Part shown: positions 1 to 10,959 of the stretch, one piece after another
Layout: every line of letters begins with the position of its first letter
How positions within the stretch are numbered: position 1 is the stretch's first letter
DNA from: Alphaproteobacteria bacterium
GTDB lineage: Bacteria > Pseudomonadota > Alphaproteobacteria > UBA828
Length of the DNA stretch: 64,000 nucleotides
Direction of reading: 5' to 3'
Assembly (NCBI GenBank): GCA_965214705.1
Contig: CBDCCI010000002.1
Location: 2,272,001-2,336,000 of the forward strand
Notes under the pieces: model-generated
Seen by the model: only the letters and a program-made list of their open reading frames with translations
Told to the model about the DNA's origin: nothing
Database searches by the model: none
Translations under genes and position numbers: made by a program

Positions 1-283
1 GCGTCGCGAGCTGGGCGATATCCTCGCCCATGTTTCGCATGTCATAGCCGGACTCCGGATGCTGGGAGTCGCCCAGCCCGCGAAGATCGGGGGCGATCAC
101 CGTGAAGTGCTCGGTGAGTAGCGGGATCACGTAGCGCCAGTGGTAGTGGGTCTTGGGAACTCCATGCAGCAGGAAGAGCGGGTCGCCGCTGCCGCCGATG
201 ACGTAATGGAGGCGGACTCCGTTCACCTGGGCGCGGCCGTGGTCGACCGGCTTACCGTTGTGATCGACGATCGGTGTCGGCAT
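1..283 (-). CDS. Alpha/beta fold hydrolase (epoxide hydrolase/haloacetate dehalogenase-like), runs off window start
   Basis: Manual translation from ATG at 283 (GGAGG RBS): MPTPIVDHNGKPVDHGRAQVNGVRLHYVIGGSGDPLFLLHGVP...VIAPDLRGLGDS; typical LLHG and PDLRG.G.S motifs. Not in the ORF track because it is partial. Confidence 0.85.
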   Translation of the reverse strand, partial: MPTPIVDHNGKPVDHGRAQVNGVRLHYVIGGSGDPLFLLHGVPKTHYHWRYVIPLLTEHFTVIAPDLRGLGDSQHPESGYDMRNMGEDIAQLAT

Positions 284-320
284 CTCGTTTCCTCCGCGGT
301 TCCCGCATCCTGCCTGCAGC

Positions 321-1469
321 CTACTCGGCGCCCGAGCAGATCGGGTTGCGGCTGCACGCGTACTCCAGGTCATCCGGCACTGGCAGGTGGAAGACCGTAT
401 CCCAGCCCTCGATCACGTTGTTCTGAATGACCGGAACGGCGGCGTAGGCGAGGAAGGGCGGCAGCTCCTTGCCGAGCAGGCTCTTCATCGCGGCGTTCGC
501 TTCCGTCAGGCCCTGATCGTAGGGCACCTGGGAGGCCAGGCCCTTGATCATGCCGCCCTTGGCGACCTCGATCGCGACGTCCCCTTCCAGATTGATGGTG
601 ACGCCGGGAATATCCTTGCCCTGCCCCCGTGCCGCGGCAGCCGAGTCGAGACCCGGCGCCGACCATTCGGTGAACAGGCCGGCGATCTTGGGGTTGGCAG
701 TCAGGAAGCTCTCCGCCACCTTGCCGGCGTCGTTCGGGTTCAGGAAGGGGGCTTCCTTGAGCACGACGTCGGGGCGGATCTCCGCCATCTTGTCCCTGAA
801 GCCCTTGGTGCGCTCATTGGTCACGTAGAACGAGATGCCGAAGGTGATGATGCCGACCTCAGCGCCCTCGGGCAGATACTTGTCGAGGATAAGGGCGGCG
901 ACCGCACCGAGACCCTGGCTGTCGGACGAGACGACGGTCTGATAGTCCTCCTTGTGCTTTAGGCCGGCCGGCACATTGTCCATCATGACCAGCTTGATGC
1001 CGGCCTGCTGGATCTTTCTGTAGGACGCGGCCGTTGCCACGTCGTCCACCGGGATGCTGATGATGGCGTCCGGCTTCAGCAGGATCATGTCGTCGATCTG
1101 GCCGATCTGCTTTTCGACCATGAAGTCGGGATTGGTCACGGCGATCACCTCGCCGCCGCAGCGCGCGAGCCCGTCGGTGATGCCGCGCACCTGCTCGGTC
1201 GACCACTCGATGTTCATGGTCTGCATCACGATGCCGATCCTGAACCCTTGCTCCTTGGCCGCGGCGCATTCCTCGTCGGTCAGCCACGCCAGCGCGGGAT
1301 CGGAGGCCAGGTCCCCGGCCTGGCTGGGCCCGACGATGCCATCGGGCACGAGGGTCGCCGCATCGATGTCGGCGGTGGGATCCTGGGCGAGGCCGCTGGA
1401 GACGCTGCCTGCAACAAGCAATGAGAACAGAGCGGACGCAGCCACACTGCGCCGGACAGGCCGATACAT
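321..1469 (-). CDS. Sugar ABC transporter substrate-binding protein (RbsB-like, periplasmic binding type 1)
   Basis: Signal peptide MYRPVRRSVAASALFSLLVAGSVSSGLA; PDAIISIPVD, VSSDSQGLG and QVPYDQG motifs; GGGGAG RBS before ATG at 1469. Confidence 0.88.
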   Translation of the reverse strand: MYRPVRRSVAASALFSLLVAGSVSSGLAQDPTADIDAATLVPDGIVGPSQAGDLASDPALAWLTDEECAAAKEQGFRIGIVMQTMNIEWSTEQVRGITDGLARCGGEVIAVTNPDFMVEKQIGQIDDMILLKPDAIISIPVDDVATAASYRKIQQAGIKLVMMDNVPAGLKHKEDYQTVVSSDSQGLGAVAALILDKYLPEGAEVGIITFGISFYVTNERTKGFRDKMAEIRPDVVLKEAPFLNPNDAGKVAESFLTANPKIAGLFTEWSAPGLDSAAAARGQGKDIPGVTINLEGDVAIEVAKGGMIKGLASQVPYDQGLTEANAAMKSLLGKELPPFLAYAAVPVIQNNVIEGWDTVFHLPVPDDLEYACSRNPICSGAE

Positions 1470-1612
1470 GGTCAATCTCCCCGTGTTCGTAGTTCGATCC
1501 GCCGCACACCGACGGTTGCCACAGCTTAGGCGCAATAATCCACTCATGGCAAATGATATTCAGCAGAAGAAGTGTAATAAAGCCGTTTTTCGCACATATC
1601 ATCATAAGTTTG

Positions 1613-1670
1613 TTGACATGAAACCGAATATTGTCATTAAATGGAGGTCTTATGTCGCAATTCAACATAA
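1613..1670 (+). promoter_or_regulatory. Candidate sigma70 promoter and palindromic ROK operator in the divergent intergenic region
   Basis: TTGACA at 1613-1618, TTAAAT 18 bp downstream, and imperfect palindrome TTATGT-CGCAATTCA-ACATAA at 1650-1670 in an AT-rich patch. Confidence 0.45.
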
Positions 1671-1701
1671 CAGGGGTGCAAATGGTCAGGAGTAGGAAGC
1701 C

Positions 1702-3099
1702 GTGACGGCCTCATCGGCGCGTGGGGTGAAATCCAAGCGAGAGGCCCGTCGGGCTGTCCCGGCGTGGCACGGTCTCGCGCCGATCGTCGAGCTGCTTCGC
1801 TCCAGGGAATCGTGCGCGCGGCACGACATCGAGCAGCACGCCGGGCTTGGCCGCGCCGCCGTCGCGGAACGTCTGGCGGCACTTCTCGATCTCGGTCTCA
1901 TCGAGGAGGGCGGGCTTGGCCCGACCTCCGGCGGCAGGGCGCCGCGGCTGGTCCGATTCCGGCGGGAGGCCGGGCTGATTCTGGTTGCCGTATTCGGTCA
2001 GTCGACCCTGGGCGTAGGCGTCGCGGACCTGTCCGGCCGCCTTCTCTTCGAGCATCACGAGGTCACCGAGCACGACCTCGAACCGGCCGAGATCGAAAAG
2101 CGGCTTACGGCCCTGTTCGACTGGGCGCTGGAACAGCTCAAATGCGGGAGCGGCGACGTCTGGTCGATCGCCATAGCAGTACCCGGGCCGGTCGAGGCCG
2201 CGCCCGGCGGCACCTTCGGAGTCCCCGGCCTGGCGAGTGTCCCTGCCTGGAAGAACTATCCGTTCGTCGAGCAACTCATGGTCCGTTACCGGGCGAGCGT
2301 ATGCCTGCGCAGCCGCATCCAGATGACGGCGCTCGGCGAGTTCCGGGCCGGCGGCGGCAAGGGCGCCAAGGACCTTCTCGTGATCGATATCGGCCAGGAG
2401 ATCAAGGCGGGCGTGATCTCGAACGGGCAGCCTCACGCCGGCGCGCAAGGGGCGGCGGGAATGATCGGCCACATCGCCACCGGCGAGAGCAACACGGTCC
2501 TCTGCACCTGCGGGAACACGGGTTGTCTCGAAGCCCTGGCGGGCGCGAGCGCAATCGCGGCCGAGGGCATGCGCGCCGCCTGCGCGGGAAGCAGCGACGA
2601 TCTGGCCCACGCTCTCAAAGAGAACGGCAGAATCGCTGCGACTGACGTTCTGATCGCGGCCCAGCACGGAGATTCCTTCAGCGCCGACCTCCTGGCGCGA
2701 TGCGGGCGCTTGATTGGGGGCGTGATCGCGGGGCTCGTGAACACGCTGAATCCGTCGCTTGTGGTGTTGACCGGGACGATCGCGCAGTCCGGCGACATTC
2801 TCCTCGCCTCGGTTCGCGAGACGGTGTACCGGCACTCCCATCCTCTGGTCACCCGTGACCTTCAGATCACCACATCCGAATTGGGCAGATCGGCGGGCCT
2901 CGTCGGCGCGGCGCTCGTGGCCGCGGATGAGCTGTTCGAGCTCGACGCGCTTCGCGGCTGGATCGCCGCCGGCTCGCCGCTCGCTCATCCCGACCTCGAG
3001 AAAGCACTTGCCAGGGCCGAGCGTCTTCTTGAGGCGAGCGGTGCAGAACGGCAATCGCCACGCGCCGAGTCGCAGCCCGCTGCCAGCGCAGTGATATAG
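1702..3099 (+). CDS. ROK family transcriptional regulator (NagC/XylR-like)
   Basis: N-terminal wHTH with SGGRAP; GAAGMIGH and CTCGNTGCLEA zinc motif of ROK proteins. Confidence 0.92.
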   Translation: MTASSARGVKSKREARRAVPAWHGLAPIVELLRSRESCARHDIEQHAGLGRAAVAERLAALLDLGLIEEGGLGPTSGGRAPRLVRFRREAGLILVAVFGQSTLGVGVADLSGRLLFEHHEVTEHDLEPAEIEKRLTALFDWALEQLKCGSGDVWSIAIAVPGPVEAAPGGTFGVPGLASVPAWKNYPFVEQLMVRYRASVCLRSRIQMTALGEFRAGGGKGAKDLLVIDIGQEIKAGVISNGQPHAGAQGAAGMIGHIATGESNTVLCTCGNTGCLEALAGASAIAAEGMRAACAGSSDDLAHALKENGRIAATDVLIAAQHGDSFSADLLARCGRLIGGVIAGLVNTLNPSLVVLTGTIAQSGDILLASVRETVYRHSHPLVTRDLQITTSELGRSAGLVGAALVAADELFELDALRGWIAAGSPLAHPDLEKALARAERLLEASGAERQSPRAESQPAASAVI

Positions 3100-3219
3100 G
3101 AGCCTCTTCGGCTGCGCGATGCCCGAACGCTGTCTTCGCGACCGGCTGGCCTCGTCCCTTCTGCGGCGCGATAATGACGCGTGGGTGTCGTTGTGAGACG
3201 GCAGATGCAATCTAGGCCG

Positions 3220-4221
3220 ATGACCATCAGGGGCCTGGGGCCGCACGGCGAAATTGCGGCCCCGCCGGAGCAACTGAATTTACGCGAAGAGGACCAGCAC
3301 GCGGCGCGTGCGCGACGGTTCACCGCCGCCGTCGTTCTTCACACGACCGAGAGCGATTGGTCCAAACAGCAGCTCGCCGGCATCGTCACCACGCTCGGTC
3401 AGTATTCTGCCGTGGTCGTCGATGTGATCGATTGCACGTTCAGCATCGAGGCCCAGATCGATGCGCTCGACCGCGTCGTCGAGGCGGCGCCGGACGCGGT
3501 TATCAGCATCCCCATCGGCAACACCGCGGTGGCGGAGGCGCATCGCACGGTGTCGCGCGCCGGCATCAGGCTCCTGCTGATGGATAACGCGCCGGTCGGG
3601 CTCTTGCCCGGCACCGACTACGTCACCGTGGTGTCCGCGGACAATTTCGGCCTCGGTCAGATCGCGGCAAAGGTTCTCTCCGGCTACATTCCGCCCGGCG
3701 GGATCGTCGGGATCCTCGCCTATGGGGTCGACTTCTTCGCGACCAACGAGCGAGAGATCGCGTTCGGGCGCTGGATGGACAGCGAGAGGGCGGACGTGCA
3801 CCTTGTACGCGCGGAATTCGCCGACCTGGATGGGGTCGACGGCGCGGTCGCCGGAATCCTCGACTCCACGCCCCGCCTGCACGGCCTCTTCGCGGTCTGG
3901 GACGAGCCAGCGATCCGCGCGCTAACGACGCTCCGGACCAAGGGGCTGGAGGTTCCGATCACCACCATCGACCTCGGCAACGATGCCGCGATCGAGATGG
4001 CGAATGGCGGATTGATCAAGGGCATCGGTGCCCAGAGACCATACGACCAGGGCTCTGCTATCGCCGAGGCCACCATCATGTCACTCACGGGCTTGCGACC
4101 ACCGTCCTGGGTTGCCCTGCCCGGATTGTCAGTGACGGCGCGAAACGTCATTGAGGCCTACCAGGTCATTTGGCATGCGCCCGCACCGCCCGCACTCAGA
4201 CGAGCGAGCCAAGCGCGTTGA
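3220..4221 (+). CDS. RbsB-like sugar-binding domain protein without obvious signal peptide
   Basis: Paralogous to 321-1469 (PDAVISIPIG, VVSADNFGLG, TNERE, QRPYDQG). Start uncertain (3181, 3205 or 3220). Confidence 0.8.
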   Translation: MTIRGLGPHGEIAAPPEQLNLREEDQHAARARRFTAAVVLHTTESDWSKQQLAGIVTTLGQYSAVVVDVIDCTFSIEAQIDALDRVVEAAPDAVISIPIGNTAVAEAHRTVSRAGIRLLLMDNAPVGLLPGTDYVTVVSADNFGLGQIAAKVLSGYIPPGGIVGILAYGVDFFATNEREIAFGRWMDSERADVHLVRAEFADLDGVDGAVAGILDSTPRLHGLFAVWDEPAIRALTTLRTKGLEVPITTIDLGNDAAIEMANGGLIKGIGAQRPYDQGSAIAEATIMSLTGLRPPSWVALPGLSVTARNVIEAYQVIWHAPAPPALRRASQAR

Positions 4222-4390
4222 CTGCAGGGATCCCTCGCCAGCAGTGTTGTAAAGCACGTTTTGTTGACCCCCCACAATCCATCCAGATCAATTGTTTATC
4301 GCGCCGATCGGCACCAAACCCGTGCGCCGATCAACAACGTGAGCATTTCGCCGGCGGGGAGGCGGCCGCGCGGATCAGTCGGATCGCTCT

Positions 4391-7300
4391 CTAGAGCTTC
4401 ATGACGTAGTGCCGTCCCTCCTGGAGCAATGTGGCCCGTCTCTGGTCCAGCTCAGTCTTCTGAGCGAGCGCCTCGGACCAGCGCTCATCCTCGTCCCGGA
4501 ATGCGCGCGCTCGCGCGAACGCCATGAGTTCGTCGAGCGAAAGGCTGAATTCCTGACAGGGCTCGTCATCCGAACGCGAGAGTTCGCGAAGCGTGCAGCT
4601 GTCCTCCGCTTCGGTCTTCCCCGCCGTTCTCTCGACCACCTCCAGCTCGATCTGCACGACCGTCGGACGGCCCAGGCGCGAGCTCGTCGGCGCAGCCGTT
4701 TCCGATCGGCCGACCTCGCTGCACCACAACCGGTCGCCCCTGGTGAGATCCCGTGAGCAGGCGAGTGGATAGCGGTCCGGGGGTTCCGGCCGCTGGCGCT
4801 CCAGTTCGTCTTGCCGGAGCTTCTCGTCGCTCCACTCCGCCCGAAGGACGTCGCAGCCCGCGAGCGTCAGCCCGGACATTCGTGTCGCCGGCTCTTCGGG
4901 TATGCGCCCCGTCGCCGACGCAACCCACTCGAGTTCCACCACGTCGTCGGGAGTGCATCCACCCGCCCGTCCAGGCCGGCGCACCACCGCTTCGAGTCGC
5001 GGTTCATCGTCGGATCGCCGCAGACTTATCCGCTCGCCCGCGAGCAACGGCTCCTGTCCCGTCCAGCGTCCGGTGAATGCATGTGAGGCGCCGGGGTCGC
5101 GGAGCCGGGCAAGTTCGGCGCCCACCATGTCCGCGCTCCTGCCCGCCTCCAGCTCCGGAACGGCCTCCCGCTCGCGTGAGAGCCGAAGTCCTTCTTCAAT
5201 GCGCTCAAGCATATGCGGGCGGCCTTGCCAGCGCTCCCGGGTGTCGTCGTCGTATAGCGCCCACCGGGCATCTTCCTCGAACTCGCGGTTTCGTTCCTGC
5301 CATGCAGGCCATTCGGCAAGCAGCGACAGCGGCAGTGTCTCCCGCGTCGCGCGTTCCTCGAGTTCGCGATATTGCTCGTCCACCTCATTCGCCTCCCGGA
5401 ACAGGCCTTGGAACGTCATCCAATCGGCCGACAGCGCAGCATGCTCGTCAATCCGGGTCTGCAGCCAGCGCCGGGCCGCTTCGTCCAGGTCCGGTACCCT
5501 GGCCAAGTGATCCGCTCTGCGGATGGCCTTGCCGCACCCCTCGTCGTCGGCGGGCGATATGCCCTGCTCGAGCGCGCTGTGCTTCGTATCCTCGATCTGG
5601 GCCTTCACCGAGACGAAGCGGTCTAGCAGACGGTGTCTGTTCAACCGTTGCAACGCGGCAGCCAGCGTTCCCCTGCCGTCCGGTATCCGGTCAAGATGGG
5701 GACCGTAGGTGTCCTCGTCCTTGTGGATCGACCGTCCCGTGGCCGGCAGCTTCACCGAAAAGTCGGTGAGGGACCGGTAGTCGGGCAGGTCGGTGACGAG
5801 GAAGTCCAGGTCCTGCCGGACGCGCCGCTTCGCTTCTTCCTGCAGAGTGTCCCAGTACTGCGCATGTTCCCTGGCGTCCTTGAGGAAGCCGACGACGGTG
5901 GCGCGCTCCGCGCTGCGTTCGCTGTCGTAGTCCAGCACCCGCTGCGCCATTTCCCCGGCCTGGTCCGGCAAGCCCTCCCGTTGGCCGAGCGCGCGGGCCT
6001 CCTCGACGAGCTCTTTCCAGTCCGGCAGATAGAAGGCGATGACGTTCCCGGCCTTCGCCCGGTCCGCCATCGCCAGACGCTTCTCGAACACCCACGCCCA
6101 GGCCAGGTTGTGGTCGCCGAGTTCGTCAAACCGCTCGACGGCGGCCGCGATCTCCCCCGCTTCATTCTTCATCCGGTCGAGATGGGGTTGCCATGTATCA
6201 TGGGGCCGCCATGTATCCGGCTCTTCACGCATGGCGCGCCAGCCTTCGCCCAGCTCTCCGCAACGCGCCAGCCAGTCGGCATAGCCTGCCAGTTCGGTGG
6301 GCGGGGTGAATGTAGATCGGTACTCCGTGCTGGCGCGGTCCTCCAGCGTCGTCCGCTCATCCAGAAGCCCGGCCGCCATGTCATGAAGCGCAACGATTGC
6401 CGCCTTCCGTTCTTCGCAGGCCTCTGCATGGGCAATGACCTGTTCGGCGGTTGCGAGTGCCCATGCCGGGAGCGGGGAGCGCCTGGCAAGTGTCGTGGCG
6501 CGCTCGACGAGATCGTCATGGCCCTCGGCGTAGAACGGGATCGTGCCGCCCTCCGCGGCCCGCGCCACTACCTCGCGGCGCAGCGTGTCGAATTCGAGGA
6601 CCGTGTCGTCGACCGCCAGGAGGCTGGCGAGCTCCCCGAGGCGCCGGGAGATCGTGCCGCCGGCCTCGCCCGCGCGCTCACCCAGCTCCGTGAGCAGGGC
6701 CTCTCCGTTCGCTGCGAGCCGCCCCGACATCTCTCGCCAGTCCGGGTAATCTTCCAGGCCCGCAACCGGGCACGTTGCGGACTCTGCGGCCTCGTCCAGC
6801 CCGCGCCTCCTTGCGTCATGTCCATCGAGCAGCCCGAGAAACTCCACCGCCGCCCTGTCCTCCTCGCGGCAAGCGCGGTCATAGGCCAGCAGCCCGTCCA
6901 CGACCTCCCGCGTCAGGGCCGGCAGGTCCGGCTTCCCGGCGAGCTCCCGCGCGCGTCCGATCAGCTTCCCGTAACCATCCGCCAGGAACAGCACCGTGCC
7001 CTCGCGCCGCGCCCGCCGTTCCAGCGCCTCCCATTCCTCGCGCGGCGTCCACACCGGCTCCTTCTCCGCCAGCAGCCGGACGATTTCCTCCGGCTCCAGC
7101 TCGAGCGGAGCGTCGACCGCCTCGATCGCCGTCGGCCGCTCCCCAGTGTTGTCGGCCAGAACCTTCACCAGCTGCTCGGCATTGTCGGTGAGCACCACCG
7201 CCCGGTCCCGCGCCCGGCTGATCTCGACGTAGAAGGTGGACTGGTCGGCAAGCGCGCCGTGGCTCGAATCCAGCACCGCGATCACCCCGTCCGCCGTGCT

Positions 7301-8799
7301 TCCCTGCGCGCCGTGAACGGTCGAGGTCCAGGCGTGGTCGATATGCCGCAGCTGCGGATCGTCCAACCGGAGCGACAGCCCCCGCCCGTCCGCCAGTCTG
7401 AACCGCACCCGGCCCTTGGCGATGCCCTCCACCTCGGCCCGCTCGCCGTTGATCAGGGACCGCTTCCTGTCGTTCCGGGTCCAACGGATCCGGTCGCCCG
7501 CGCGGACCTCCATGGGACGGGTCTCGTAGACGTCGAGCTGGTAGCGGATCGAGCCCGCCGGGCGGATCCAGCGCGGCTTTCCGTCGGGATGGAGAAGCAT
7601 CACCCGGTCGTAGTCGATCCCGGTTACCGTCAGGATCTCGTCCTTCCTCAGCCGGTAGTTGACCAGGTCCTGGTGGAACACTACCAGGTCGCCTTCCCGG
7701 TAGTTGCGTACGTCGCCCTTCTCGGTCCGGGTCAAGCCCAGGCTGACCAGGCGCTCGATCCCGAGCGTCTTCCCCCGAAGCACACCCTCGTCCGCCAGTG
7801 CTTCCCGGACGGTTCCGTTGATCTCTTCCCTCAGCGCATGGGTCGGCGCGACCAGGAGGGTGTTGTCGCGGGTGGCGGGGTCGAGCGCCAGCCAGGCCCG
7901 CGCCGCCTTCTCGCCCAGCTCTTCGTGCGCCACTTCGTGCACGCTGCTGCCGAGCAGCTCCACCGCCTCGGCTGGATCGCCCGCCAGAACCGCCTGCACC
8001 GCCGCCCGCAGCTCCGGGTTCCGCTGGCGCAGGATGTCGTCCATCGCCGCCGTCGTCATCCCCGCCCGCTGCAGCAGACGGAACGGCTGCCCGGCTTCCA
8101 CCGCGCGGAGCTGGCTGCTGTCGCCCACCAGCACCACGCGGGACGCGTCTATCTCGTCCGCCGCCCGCAGCAGAGAGCGCATCTGGTCGGTCGACACCAT
8201 CGAGGCCTCGTCCAGCACCAGCACCGCGCCGCCGAAGGTCTCCCTCAACGCCTCCAGCGCCTGTCCGTTGCCGCCCGCCGCCCGGCGGCGCGCCAGGAGC
8301 CACTGAAGCGTGCGGGCATGAATGCCGGTCTCGCGACCCAGCGCCGCGGCCGCCGCAGCCGAGGGCGCGAGTCCGAACACCGGCTTCTCCCCGGCAAGCG
8401 CCCGCACCTGGCGCAGCATGGTCGTCTTGCCGGTGCCGGCTCGGCCCTGCACGCCGACGATCCGGTCGTGCGCCAGCAGGATCGTGCGAACCGCCTCCTC
8501 CTGTCCCTCGGTGAGCCCGGCGCCGTCGAGACGGGCGGCCACGTCCCTCTCCCGGGCCAGCGCCGCGCCGGCGCCGATCCCGGCCTTCATCATGGCGATC
8601 GTGGACCGCTCCGCCTTCAGCGCCCGGTCGGTGACGAAGGCCCGGTCGGCGCGCCGCAGCTCGGCGTCGATCAGGTGCCCGTCGCGGACCAGCCAGGCGA
8701 TCGCGTCCCGTATCTCCCCGAGCGAATGCCGGCCCGGCGAATGGCCGAGAGCCAGCGCCTCGAGCTCGTGTTCGGAGAAGACCGATTGCCGTTCCTCAA
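4391..8799 (-). pseudogene. mobF: 3' part (helicase and long C-terminal extension) of MobF relaxase interrupted by IS1634-family element
   Basis: RecD-like helicase motifs VQGRAGTGKTT, VLDEASMV, LVGDSSQL, HAWTSTVHGAQG, YVEISR; in frame with 10960-11996 once the IS and one TCAA copy are removed. Confidence 0.9.
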
Positions 8800-10959
8800 C
8801 CCAGGTTGGCACTTTTGTCCTACCCATGTCCTTTATCATGTTGATGTAACGCGATATTTCTCTCGGCCGATTCCAACATGGCACTACATTTTGTTGGATT
8901 CTGTCAGTTCGGCAGGCGGGTCCTCGTGCGGTGGATGGCGGGTTCCACGCCCGCCGCCGAGGAGATTGCGGCTACCTCAGCGGCCGGGCGCGTGTCCTGT
9001 CGATTGACGATCAACGTGCCGTCGGTCTGGCGCAGGCGCGTGGTGATCCGCACCCAGGTCCGCATGCTCTCGCGGATCGATGCCCAGCACTTGTGGATGC
9101 CGCGCGCGGCCAGCCGGGTACGGATCAGATGCACGGCGTGGTAGGCCAGCACGGCGATCAGCAGGTGGGCCGCGATGCGCCGGTCGAGCTGGTGCCAGAT
9201 CGGGCGAAGGCCGAGCTCGGATTTTAGGCTCTTGAATGTCGCCTCGATATCCGTGATCCGCCAGTACGTCCGCAGGACCGTCTCGATATCCCAGTCGACG
9301 TGGCTGGTGCGCAGCACATAGGCACCGGCGCCCTCATCGGCCTCGTCGTATCGCGGCCTGCGCTTGAAGCGCACGGCGGTGGCATTGGGGCCGGTTTTCG
9401 CCTTCTCGACCGTGATCTCGTAGTGCCTGGCGACGGCGGAGAAGCGCTGCTTGAGGCGGCCTATGCTCTCCAGCACCTTGTCGTAGCGCTTGAGGCGGCG
9501 CTTGACCGGGAGGCCGCTGTGGAGCCTTTCCAGCGCCGCCTCGAAGCGGTTCCGCCTCAGGCCGATGATCGCGTTCTCGGCCTTCTTCTTGCCCTCGCTG
9601 ACGACGTAGAGCCGCGCCTCGCCGTCCTCGCTGGCAAGCCGCCAGGCCCGCACCTCGTGGCGCGCGCTGGTGATCAGCAGGGCCTCGGGTCCGCCCTCGG
9701 GCGGCGCAGGCCTGGCACCGCGGCTGACCGCGATCCAGTCGTAGCCCTGCTCGCCCAGCCACGCGATGTTTTTCTCGGTGGCGATGCCCGCGTCCATGAC
9801 CACCGTGGGCTTCGGCGCCGTGCCGCCGCACACCGCCTCGAGCCGCGCCAGCGCCTCGTGCAGCGTGCCCGGCTCGCTCACGTTGCCCGGCAGGATCTCG
9901 CAACTGCGCGGGAAGCCCGCGCCGTCGAGCGCCAGCGCCAGCGTGATGAGGGGACAGTCGTCGCGCTTCTGCTTGGAGCGCCCGAACCTGGGAAGCTCGC
10001 CGCCCGTGTGGCCGTGGTAGTGGACGTTGGTGAGATCGTAGAAGGCGATCGTCTCGGGCAGGTCGAGCAGCGCGCGCTCACGGTTGAACAGTTCCCTCTG
10101 GATGGCGGCCCGGTGGCGCCAGAGCAGGTCGCCGATGCGGTAGAGCGTCTTGCGCCGCAGCGCCTTGCGGTCGCCCTCCAGGCCCAGGAGCTCGGCGGCC
10201 GCGCTGTCGTGGCGGAGCCAGCGGCTGGTATCACGCTCGCTGGCGGGATGGACCATCCTGGCGACGATCAGCGCGCTCGCGATGCGCCCGTCTCGGCCTT
10301 TGATGCCAAGGCCGTGGAGGATGTCGGCGAAGCCAAGGTCGTCGAGGGCCTTGAGGCACAGGCGCTCGCAGCCGACGGTGCGCGGGTTCTCGTGCTCCAG
10401 GGTATCGAGGTCGACGGTGGCGATCTCGGGCTTGCGCGCCTCTTCCTGCATCGCCTCGACGCGGAACCCCCTGGCCCTGAGCTTGGCGACGATGTCCTCG
10501 GCTGCGGCCTGCACGTCCGGGACGGCTTGGAGCAGCGGCGGGCGGCCGTGCAGCAGCGCCTCGGCGAGTTCGGCCACTTCGCGCCATTTCTCCTTCGGCA
10601 CCGGATAGTCGGTGCCGAGGTTGAGGAGCGTGCGCTGCCTGACCTTGTCGCCGATGCGCTGGGAGAGCACGAGGCGATGGCTTCGGACGGGCTTGCCGTC
10701 GGTGGTGTGGGTCTTGGTTGCCCTGATGAACATGTCGCCCGTCGCGAGATTGTTGCGAGGGGCCAAGATTTGTCGGCTTGGGGTCTGGGGTCAAGGGAAA
10801 ATCGTCAATACCTAACAACTCCTGGCACTACAACGCGCTTCCAGCGCCTCAATTACACATATAGTGGCATCATCTCGGAGCTACCCCAATATGTGGTACT
10901 TCGGTCCGCAAAATATGGGCAGACCGGCATTGAGCAACCGGAAAAAGTGCCAACTTGGG
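8800..10959 (-). mobile_element. IS1634-family insertion sequence, copy 1
   Basis: Terminal IRs CCCAGGTTGGCACTTTT / AAAAGTGCCAACTTGGG; 4-bp TCAA duplicated at 8796-8799 and 10960-10963; near-identical copy at 60246-62399. Confidence 0.92.
8904..10733 (-). CDS. IS1634-family DDE transposase
   Basis: FYDLTN, FGRSKQKRDD, VVMDAGI, YW...IEATFKSLKSELGLRPIWH motifs; alternative start at 10766. Confidence 0.9.
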   Translation of the reverse strand: MFIRATKTHTTDGKPVRSHRLVLSQRIGDKVRQRTLLNLGTDYPVPKEKWREVAELAEALLHGRPPLLQAVPDVQAAAEDIVAKLRARGFRVEAMQEEARKPEIATVDLDTLEHENPRTVGCERLCLKALDDLGFADILHGLGIKGRDGRIASALIVARMVHPASERDTSRWLRHDSAAAELLGLEGDRKALRRKTLYRIGDLLWRHRAAIQRELFNRERALLDLPETIAFYDLTNVHYHGHTGGELPRFGRSKQKRDDCPLITLALALDGAGFPRSCEILPGNVSEPGTLHEALARLEAVCGGTAPKPTVVMDAGIATEKNIAWLGEQGYDWIAVSRGARPAPPEGGPEALLITSARHEVRAWRLASEDGEARLYVVSEGKKKAENAIIGLRRNRFEAALERLHSGLPVKRRLKRYDKVLESIGRLKQRFSAVARHYEITVEKAKTGPNATAVRFKRRPRYDEADEGAGAYVLRTSHVDWDIETVLRTYWRITDIEATFKSLKSELGLRPIWHQLDRRIAAHLLIAVLAYHAVHLIRTRLAARGIHKCWASIRESMRTWVRITTRLRQTDGTLIVNRQDTRPAAEVAAISSAAGVEPAIHRTRTRLPN

